Shown here piece by piece: positions 1-7,332 of a DNA stretch of 24,000 nucleotides. The notes under the pieces are model-generated. The model made no database searches. It saw only the letters and a program-made list of their open reading frames with translations, and was not told the origin of the DNA. The position numbers and the translations under genes were made by a program. Origin of the DNA: Deltaproteobacteria bacterium (GTDB lineage: Bacteria > Desulfobacterota > Desulfobulbia > Desulfobulbales > Desulfobulbaceae); assembly GCA_024278495.1 (NCBI GenBank), contig JAJRTB010000219.1, positions 3,286 to 27,285 on the forward strand, read 5' to 3'. Within the stretch, counting starts at the first letter, position 1, and the number at the start of each line of letters is the position of its first letter.

Positions 1-1
1 G

Positions 2-3000
2 GCCCGGGATATCCCCCTCTTTACCGATATCGACGTTCTGGTCTATCCCAGTTTCGAGATCCCGCCCTACACGCCCCTATCCGCTGACCCGGCAACGGTT
101 GCCCAGCGTCTGTCCACCCTGCATCGGCTGCGAAACGAGACAGGTCCGGCCGTTGTCCTCGCCTCCACCGAAGCGGCCATGCGCAAGGTCCTGCCGGCAT
201 CCGTGCTTGACAACCACTGCGAACTGGTCATGGCGGGCGAAGAGACCGACCGGGACGAACTTATCAACCACCTGAGCCGATCCGGGTACCAGCAGTGCGC
301 CATGGTCCAGCATGAAGGCGACCTGGCGGTCAGGGGCGGCATTATCGACGTCTATGCTCCTTCCACGGACAGAACCGCAAACGGCCCCCTGCGCCTGGAT
401 TTCTTTGGTGACACTATCGAGTCGATCAGATTTTTTGACCCGGTGAGCCAGCGTTCTCTGGGCGAACTCGACGAGGCCGTTCTGCTGCCCGCTTCCGACA
501 TCCTTTTTCCGCGCTCCGCTCACCTGCAGGCCTGGCAGGAGTACCTGGAGGAAACCGCCCGGAAACTTGCATGGCCCGAAGAAGAGGCTGACTTCTGCAT
601 CACCAGGTTGCGGGACAACGTCAGGTACGCCGGGGCTGAATTCCACCTGCCCCTGGTCTACGAGCATGACACGCCGCTCCAGACCCTGTTCTCCTACCTG
701 CCGGACCAGACCCGGACGGTCATTCTTGAACCAGCAGACATCCACAACAAGGCGGAACTGGTCTGGGAGCGGATTCAGGCCAACTACCGGGAAGGTCTGG
801 ACAGCGGCAAGGCTGTCCTGCCGCCGGAGCGGCTCTTTCTTCCCCCTGATTGCCTGACGACCATTGCCGGATCAACTGTTCACCTCAGAACCCTGCCGGA
901 TCCGGACCGGCAGCGCGAGCAGATCAGCATCACGACCGGGGACCATGCCCTGTTGCGCCAGGAGATTGATCTGGCGCGGAAAAAACGAAACAGCCTCGCC
1001 CCCCTTGTTGATCGCCTGCAAGACTGGCAACGCAAGGGAGAGCCCACGATCATTGCCTGCCGGTCCATGCGCCAGGTAAACCACCTGCGCGACATGCTGA
1101 AAGGCTACCAGGTAACGCCGGTTTCTGGTGAGACACCACTGGATCTGAACCATCTTGCCCGGACTGACGCCCTGTGCCTGGTTGAACATCCACTCAGCCG
1201 AGGTTTTGACCTGCCGGAACTCAAAATCCATATTCTCTCGGCCACGGAACTGTTCGGCGACAAACGACTCGGGCCGGCCAAGAGGAAACAGAGGAAAGGC
1301 AGGGACCTGGAGCCCCTGGCCATTGATGAGCTGAATCCCGGTGATACGGTGGTCCACCGGGATCACGGAATCGGTCTGTTCCGGGGCCTCATGAACATGG
1401 AATTTGCCGGCCGCCGGGGCGACTTCATGCAGATCGAGTACCAGGGCGGCGACAAACTGTACGTGCCAGCGGACCGGTTGCACTGGATCAACCGCTACCA
1501 GGGATTGACCGATCATGAGCCCACGCTTGACCGCTTGGGCTCAAGCAAGTGGCGCAGCACCAAAAACAAGGTTACCGAGGCGGTCTGGAAAGTGGCCCAG
1601 GAACTTCTGGATATCTACGCCCGGCGCGAATTGCGCGAGGGGCACCGCTTCTCTCCCGCGGGTGAGCTGTACCATGAGCTGGAACAGTCCTTTCCCTATG
1701 ACGAGACCAGCGGCCAGCTCAAGGCCATCGACAACGTGCTCGACGACCTGACCGGTACCCGTCCCATGGACCGGCTGATCTGCGGAGATGTCGGCTACGG
1801 CAAGACCGAGGTGGCGGCCAGGGCCGCCTTCAAGGTCATCGAGGACGGATTCCAGGTGGCTGTCCTGGTGCCGACAACGGTCCTGGCGGAACAGCACGCC
1901 GCCACCTTTCGGGAACGCTTCGCCTCCTTTCCGGTCCGGGTGGCATCCATCAACCGGTTCCGCACCCTGTCCCGGCAACGGGAAATCCTCAAGGACCTGG
2001 CCGCCGGACGCATCGACCTGATCATCGGCACCCACCGGCTGCTGTCAAAGGACATAGTATTCCATAAACTTGGCCTGTTGATCATTGACGAGGAGCACCG
2101 CTTCGGGGTCAGTCATAAAGAAAAAATCAAAAAACTTCGGGCCGACGTGGATGTCCTGACCCTGACGGCCACACCGATACCGCGGACCCTGCAGATGTCG
2201 CTGCTCGGAATCCGGGACCTGTCGATCATCTCCACACCGCCGCGCAAGCGCCGCTCCGTCAAGACATTTCTGGCCCGCAACGAGGACCTGGTCATCCGGG
2301 AAGCCGTGGTCCGGGAACTGGAGCGGGGCGGCCAGGTTTTTTTCGTCCACAACCGGGTCCGCTCCATTGGCGGGATAGCCAGAACAATCAACAGGCTGGT
2401 TCCCCAGGCCCGGGTAGCCGTGGCCCATGGTCAGATGCCGGGACCGGAACTTGAAAAGATCATGGTCCGGTTCATCAACCACGAGATCGACGTGCTGGTC
2501 TGCACCACCATTATTGAGTCGGGCCTTGATATCCCCAACGCCAACACTATTATCATCAACCGGGCCCATCAGCTCGGCCTGGCGGATATTTACCAGCTGC
2601 GCGGCCGGGTCGGTCGCTCAAGCAGGCAGTCCTATGCCTACCTGCTGGTCCCGTCGCTGGATGATCTCACCAAAGACGCCCGCAGACGGCTCCAGGCCCT
2701 GATGGACTGCAACGAGCTGGGCAGCGGCTTCAAGCTGGCCATGAATGATCTGCAGATCCGCGGCGGCGGCAACCTGCTGGGCGTTTCCCAGTCCGGTCAT
2801 ATCGCGGCGGTGGGCTATGACCTCTACCTGGAACTGCTCCAGTCCACGGTAGCGGAACTCAAGGCCAGGGCGGAGGGAGGTGACCCGGACCTGAGACCTG
2901 AGCTGGATCCCGAAATCAACCTCCAGGTCAACGCCTTTCTTCCGGAAGACTATATTGGTGATCCTGCCCAGCGCTACCACATGTACCGGCGCATAGCCGC

Positions 3001-3391
3001 TGCGGGCAGCCGCACCCGGGAAGAACTCGCAGACCTGCGGGACGAACTGGCGGACCGGTTCGGTCCCCTGCCGCCCGAGGCTGAAACCCTGCTGGAGCTA
3101 GTCGGTCTCAAGATCCCCCTGCGTGACCTGGGGGTTGCCAGGCTTGAGCAGACACCAAACGCCCTGATCTATACTTTTATCCAGGATCCGCCGATTGAAC
3201 CCTCGGCCATCCTTGCGCTGATCAACCGAAAACCTGGGAAAGGAACACCACCCGTCCGCCTGACCACGGACAACCGTCTGATCGTACCGTACCAGCCGGG
3301 GGATCACCTGTTCGCGACAATCAACGCCACCCTGAAAGACCTGACCCCTGCCCGGGAACCCGGAAACGTTTCCGCCAACCCAAGGAAGTAA
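2..3391 (+). CDS. mfd: Transcription-repair coupling factor Mfd, 5'-truncated by the window edge
   Basis: The frame is open from nt 2, upstream of the ORF-track ATG at 179, and the residues there (YPSFEIPPYTPLSADPATVAQRLSTLHRL) fit the Mfd N-terminal module. It has a CarD/TRCF-like segment (GDTVVHRDHGIGLF), a superfamily-2 helicase core (GDVGYGKTEVA Walker A, DEEHRFGV, TATPIPRT, QLRGRVGRS) and a C-terminal TRCF domain. The stop is TAA at 3389-3391. Confidence 0.95.
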   Translation, partial: ARDIPLFTDIDVLVYPSFEIPPYTPLSADPATVAQRLSTLHRLRNETGPAVVLASTEAAMRKVLPASVLDNHCELVMAGEETDRDELINHLSRSGYQQCAMVQHEGDLAVRGGIIDVYAPSTDRTANGPLRLDFFGDTIESIRFFDPVSQRSLGELDEAVLLPASDILFPRSAHLQAWQEYLEETARKLAWPEEEADFCITRLRDNVRYAGAEFHLPLVYEHDTPLQTLFSYLPDQTRTVILEPADIHNKAELVWERIQANYREGLDSGKAVLPPERLFLPPDCLTTIAGSTVHLRTLPDPDRQREQISITTGDHALLRQEIDLARKKRNSLAPLVDRLQDWQRKGEPTIIACRSMRQVNHLRDMLKGYQVTPVSGETPLDLNHLARTDALCLVEHPLSRGFDLPELKIHILSATELFGDKRLGPAKRKQRKGRDLEPLAIDELNPGDTVVHRDHGIGLFRGLMNMEFAGRRGDFMQIEYQGGDKLYVPADRLHWINRYQGLTDHEPTLDRLGSSKWRSTKNKVTEAVWKVAQELLDIYARRELREGHRFSPAGELYHELEQSFPYDETSGQLKAIDNVLDDLTGTRPMDRLICGDVGYGKTEVAARAAFKVIEDGFQVAVLVPTTVLAEQHAATFRERFASFPVRVASINRFRTLSRQREILKDLAAGRIDLIIGTHRLLSKDIVFHKLGLLIIDEEHRFGVSHKEKIKKLRADVDVLTLTATPIPRTLQMSLLGIRDLSIISTPPRKRRSVKTFLARNEDLVIREAVVRELERGGQVFFVHNRVRSIGGIARTINRLVPQARVAVAHGQMPGPELEKIMVRFINHEIDVLVCTTIIESGLDIPNANTIIINRAHQLGLADIYQLRGRVGRSSRQSYAYLLVPSLDDLTKDARRRLQALMDCNELGSGFKLAMNDLQIRGGGNLLGVSQSGHIAAVGYDLYLELLQSTVAELKARAEGGDPDLRPELDPEINLQVNAFLPEDYIGDPAQRYHMYRRIAAAGSRTREELADLRDELADRFGPLPPEAETLLELVGLKIPLRDLGVARLEQTPNALIYTFIQDPPIEPSAILALINRKPGKGTPPVRLTTDNRLIVPYQPGDHLFATINATLKDLTPAREPGNVSANPRK

Positions 3392-3395
3392 AACA

Positions 3396-4106
3396 ATGGC
3401 CACGTGGATCAGACCCTGCTTTTCCTGGAACCAGGTGGACACGGTCCTCCTGGACATGGACGGCACCCTGCTGGACAAGCATTTTGACGACTATTTCTGG
3501 GAACAGTATGTCCCGGAGCACTACAGCCTCAAACACGACATCCCGGTGGAGGAAGCAAAGAGGACGCTCCTTGAACGCTACGGCAGGGTGGAAAACACCC
3601 TCAACTGGACCGACCTGGATTACTGGACCGACCAGCTGGGCCTGGACATACCTGAACTGAAGATGCGGATCAGCCATCTTATCGATGTCCACCCGTATGT
3701 GCCGAATTTTCTGCGCTTCTGCCGAAACCTGAAAAAAGAGGTCGTTCTGGTGACCAATGCCCATCCCAAAACCCTGGCCATCAAACTGGAAAAAACCGGT
3801 ATTGAGGGAATGTTTGACCGGATAATCTGCGCCGATGAAATCGGTCTGGCCAAGGAAGAAGCGGAATTCTGGAACCGGATCGAGCGGAAAATCGGCTTTG
3901 ACAAGACCAGAACCATGCTGGCCGATGATACCGAAAAGGTCCTGCGCACTGCCGAGGGATACGGCATGGGGTACCTGGTCTATGTGGCACGGCCCAGCAG
4001 CAGGCGACCAGCCAGTTTTTCTGACCAATTCCCCTCCATTGAATACTTCTCAGAACTGTTACCCGACCTCAACGCCTCACCGAACATCCCACGCCGACAA
4101 CCATGA
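3396..4106 (+). CDS. HAD-superfamily hydrolase, YrfG-like (GMP/IMP nucleotidase type)
   Basis: HAD motif I is present (VDTVLLDMDGTLLD), followed by YFWEQ, LNWTDLDYW, VLVTNAHPKTLAIKLEKTG and LADD. The overall order resembles my recollection of E. coli YrfG. The ATG lies 4 nt after the mfd stop, with AGGAAG upstream. Confidence 0.8.
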   Translation: MATWIRPCFSWNQVDTVLLDMDGTLLDKHFDDYFWEQYVPEHYSLKHDIPVEEAKRTLLERYGRVENTLNWTDLDYWTDQLGLDIPELKMRISHLIDVHPYVPNFLRFCRNLKKEVVLVTNAHPKTLAIKLEKTGIEGMFDRIICADEIGLAKEEAEFWNRIERKIGFDKTRTMLADDTEKVLRTAEGYGMGYLVYVARPSSRRPASFSDQFPSIEYFSELLPDLNASPNIPRRQP

Positions 4107-4190
4107 TGGCACCGCAACGAAATTCGCAAAAAATTGCGGCAAATCATCAGGTTACAAGACGGAGCCATCGGATTCGCAGTTTTTGTCGAT

Positions 4191-4278
4191 TTCGTAAAAA
4201 GTCACGAAACCGACGGTTCAGCGTTGTAACTGGTTGAATCATCATAGTACTCAGCCAGTATTTTCGACTTTTTACGAA
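4191..4278. repeat. 13-bp perfect inverted repeat (ttcgtaaaaagtc / gactttttacgaa) with a 62-nt spacer, in an AT-rich convergent intergenic region
   Basis: The arms at 4191-4203 and 4266-4278 are exact reverse complements. They are flanked by the direct repeat cagtttttg(t/a)c at 4178-4188 and 4284-4294. Confidence 0.7.
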
Positions 4279-4372
4279 TTCATCAGTTTTTGACAAACCT
4301 GACAAGCCCGGCAACCGAGACAAGATGGACGCGGGAACGACACAGACGATACGGGAAATGGCACGTGATCAG

Positions 4373-5527
4373 TTACCGCGAAACAGATTCCCAGACAACC
4401 CGGTTACGGCCAAGCCGTTTGGCATGGTAGAGTCGCTGGTCCGCCGCCTCGAGCAGGTGGTTCTCGTCCACCACTTTGAGCTCTCCAGCCGCCACAACAC
4501 CGATGGAAACGGTAACCGGGATCATCTGCTCCTCAAAGACAAAGGGGGTCACCTCGATCCGACGCCTGATCCGTTCGCTGAACTCATGACCTTCAAAGAT
4601 ATCACCCAGACCTGTCCCGTAGAATTCTTCCCCGCCAAAACGGCCGATTTCATCGGAACGCCGCTTCACGTCATTAAGCACCTGCCCAAGAGTCGCCAGA
4701 ACATAATCCCCGGCCCGGTGCCCGAAGGTATCATTGACCCCTTTGAAGTGATCGATATCCAAAAGGAGGAAAAAGAAATCATCGATCTGGTTACGATCGT
4801 ACTCAGCTATTTTCAATTCAAGGCTGCGCCCCATGATAATACGGTTGGGCAGATTGGTCAGCTGGTCAAAATAGCCGATCTGTTCCAATAAATCCTTGTG
4901 CACCATCTCGTTGGTCACGTCGGTGAGATAGCCAAAAGAAATCGACACCTGGTCTTCGGCAAAGGTCTCGATACGGGCCCGATCCTTGAACCATACCTGA
5001 GCCAGATTACCGGCCAGGGCGATCTTATAGTCGGCCTCCATGTTCCCCTTCTGCGCGACCTCGGCCCGCAGGCCCGAACGACTACCAGACAGCTCCCGAC
5101 TGCTGCGCACGGTTTCGCTTATACCGGCCTCCACCTCGGTCCGGTGGAACAGCCGGTGGTCAACCACTGCCTCCCGAAACTGAACAGCCAGATCACCGAC
5201 AGAGCAGCCAAAGAGCTGGATAAACTCCCGGCCGGCAAACTCGTACCACATGATGTTATCCTGGTGGCGCCAGGCCGTAATGTACGGAATACCCGGCACA
5301 CCAGTCTCATCAAAGGCACGGAAGGCACGGATCAGCTCCGCAACTCTCTCACGCAGGGCCACGCTGTACTTTCCGGCCAGGATCCGACCCTGGTAGTCGA
5401 TCAGACCATATTTTTCCCGCAGATCATCCATATCTCTTCCAGATAAATATATAAAAGAACAGAAAACTCCCGCCAACGCACGGAAAAAATCGTGCCTGAT
5501 CATGGGGTAATTCCCCTGCGTTTTCAT
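4373..5527 (-). CDS. GGDEF-domain diguanylate cyclase with an uncharacterised N-terminal sensory region
   Basis: The C-terminal domain reads DQLTNLPNR...LLLDIDHFKGVNDTFGHRAGD...RFGGEEF...SIGV...ADQRLYHAKRLGRNRV, with a GGEEF active site. The start is uncertain: ATG 5527, 5503 or 5431 are all possible. Confidence 0.85.
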   Translation of the reverse strand: MKTQGNYPMIRHDFFRALAGVFCSFIYLSGRDMDDLREKYGLIDYQGRILAGKYSVALRERVAELIRAFRAFDETGVPGIPYITAWRHQDNIMWYEFAGREFIQLFGCSVGDLAVQFREAVVDHRLFHRTEVEAGISETVRSSRELSGSRSGLRAEVAQKGNMEADYKIALAGNLAQVWFKDRARIETFAEDQVSISFGYLTDVTNEMVHKDLLEQIGYFDQLTNLPNRIIMGRSLELKIAEYDRNQIDDFFFLLLDIDHFKGVNDTFGHRAGDYVLATLGQVLNDVKRRSDEIGRFGGEEFYGTGLGDIFEGHEFSERIRRRIEVTPFVFEEQMIPVTVSIGVVAAGELKVVDENHLLEAADQRLYHAKRLGRNRVVWESVSR

Positions 5528-5654
5528 TATCTCGGAATTGTATCCTGGCGCAGGTGCCGCAGATTCGTGCAGGCGTTATTGGCCGCTATAGCCGACTATG
5601 CGGGCAGGAGCGCCTGTGCGAAGATGCGGCGCCTGTGACGGGTTCCTGAATCTG

Positions 5655-5683
5655 CACCACGGGTGAACGCTCACGGATCCAGG
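5655..5683 (+). repeat. Intergenic module B, copy 1
   Basis: ggtgaacgctcacggatccagg (5662-5683) is 22/22 identical to 23413-23434, with partial identity in the preceding 7 nt. It contains the palindrome GTGA-N4-TCAC (5663-5674). Confidence 0.8.
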
Positions 5684-5715
5684 GGGTTACAAAAAATCGC
5701 GACCGGGCAATCGGG

Positions 5716-6831
5716 TCAGTCCGGCCCGGCTGACTCTCCTTGCAGGGCGGGAATCGGCAGGTCAAGGGGAACCAGCACCTCTCTGTGCATCTGCTGCAGG
5801 ACATGCTCAGCCCCCTCGTGGTCAAGACGCTCCGTCAGGTCGCGGATCTTCCCGGCCAGATCCCGCATCCGGCTTCGGCATTCCTGCCGGGCCTGTTCGA
5901 TCAGGCGCCAGTCACGTTGTTCAAGAAAGCGGTCAAACGCTTCGCCGATCTCGGGAAACAAAACCCGACGCAGGCCTGCCAGGAAGCCGATGTAGAACCC
6001 GAGCGAGCCTTCTTTCTGCTCCCTGACCATAGAGCTGACCAGCCCGGAGGGGTGGGTGTCTGCCAGAACGTCCTTTACCGCCCTGGTCACAAACTCAACG
6101 GCGGAATCGGGAAACGCGGCGACAACCCGTCGCAGAGTTGCGCTGTCCAGGGTCTGCTGGCGCATCTCGCCTATTTCGTGATGGACGAACATGGGGATCT
6201 CACCGTCGACTATGATGTCAAGCCTGTCGCGCAATCGCTCCTGGTCAAGCACACCATCGCGCAGAACCCCGTAGTGATCCAGGGCGTGCCGCACCGCCAC
6301 TCTGGATGCGGCGCGGTGTTCCTGTATCTGGTCCCAGAAAAAAAAGCGCAGCGGATCCCGGCGGATGATTATGACCCCGTCCCGGAGCATGGCAAAGGGG
6401 CTTGAAAGCTCCCTGGCCGACTCCCGGCCCAGGAGAAACACCGGGCACCCCTCGACCAGCTCCTGCTTCAGTATCTCGGCCAGAAAGAATATTGATTTTA
6501 AAGAACGGCCATAGCCGGCCCCGTACATCAGCCCGGCATTCCCCAGCCCCTGATTGATCCGCTCCTGGTCAAACGGTTCGACTTCCGTCCCGTTCAACAC
6601 CAGGGGGGCAAACGGTTCCTCCGCCATGGCCTGCCAGAACTTCTCTTTCCGGTCAATCCAGGCCAGCAGGTCCGCGGATTCAGGTTCCTGCCAGGGTTCC
6701 AGGGAGTTCTCCCACTTATAAAGATTGCGGAGCTTGAGAACCAGGGCACAGATGGAATAGATGCCGTTGTCCCGGGCATCGGAAATATCACAGTTGTGCC
6801 GGATTGTTTCCAGGACTGTTTTTTCGACCAT
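5716..6831 (-). CDS. Hypothetical protein, 371 aa, function unknown
   Basis: This is a long ORF with protein-like composition. I place the start at ATG 6831 (MVEKTVLETIRH...), which is preceded by GGAGG 7 nt upstream. The ORF-track extension to 6939 lacks an RBS and runs into repeat module A. No catalytic or binding motif was recognised. Confidence 0.7.
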   Translation of the reverse strand: MVEKTVLETIRHNCDISDARDNGIYSICALVLKLRNLYKWENSLEPWQEPESADLLAWIDRKEKFWQAMAEEPFAPLVLNGTEVEPFDQERINQGLGNAGLMYGAGYGRSLKSIFFLAEILKQELVEGCPVFLLGRESARELSSPFAMLRDGVIIIRRDPLRFFFWDQIQEHRAASRVAVRHALDHYGVLRDGVLDQERLRDRLDIIVDGEIPMFVHHEIGEMRQQTLDSATLRRVVAAFPDSAVEFVTRAVKDVLADTHPSGLVSSMVREQKEGSLGFYIGFLAGLRRVLFPEIGEAFDRFLEQRDWRLIEQARQECRSRMRDLAGKIRDLTERLDHEGAEHVLQQMHREVLVPLDLPIPALQGESAGPD

Positions 6832-6928
6832 CTTTCGCCTCCGGCAAAAATTATGCGTCAACAACTCCACCTGTTTCGGCCCGGGCCGGGGTAAAAACGT
6901 CATATTATTGAATATACCAGATCGTACG

Positions 6929-6990
6929 TAACTCGTCACAGGGTTTGTAACTCTGCGATTTTACCTATCCATAATCTGCAAGTAATCAGG
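6929..6990 (+). repeat. Intergenic module A, copy 1
   Basis: This 62-nt stretch (taactcgtcacagggtttgtaactctgcgattttacct...) aligns without gaps to 23279-23340, with 55/62 identities. Confidence 0.85.
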
Positions 6991-7332
6991 GGCGCCGCAT
7001 TTTTTTATTTTATTGATTATTGCCAACCTGTTACAGGTAGAAAAACTCCATGTGGCACTACTCGCAAGGACCTTTATGCCCCACTGTATTCATTGCATTC
7101 TTTTTGCGCTTTACGTCAAAACCGAATTTCAAAGGTTTTTAATAATGATTTGCACAAAGTCGGGTTAAAAAAAAGTGGAAATTCCCTGTCAGCTTTCATA
7201 AAATATACAAGAGTAAAAACGTGCCGATTTACTGCCTCAAAAAAGAACTCAATAAAACCGGATCTCTTCTCTCTGTAACACAATGATCTGCTGTCCCGAC
7301 GCATATCAGCGCGTATAACAAAGGAGGATGTC

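Noticed and set aside
5716-6939. The ORF-track 407-aa version of the hypothetical gene, starting at 6939.
   Set aside because: The first 36 codons lack an RBS and overlap non-coding repeat module A. ATG 6831 has a GGAGG at ideal spacing.
5655-6990. The B-gene-A segment, considered as an integrated mobile element with the A-B copy at 23279-23434 as its junction or attachment-like site.
   Set aside because: There is no integrase, transposase or recombinase gene, no terminal inverted repeats and no target-site duplication. The idea is retained only as one of several explanations in the module B finding.
7063-7078. The sigma54-like string TGGCACtactcGCAag, upstream of the repeat-protein gene.
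   Set aside because: After TGGCAC plus 5 nt the sequence is GCAA rather than TTGC. That places the -12 GC 2 nt too close to the -24 GG, and this spacing is essentially invariant in sigma54 promoters.
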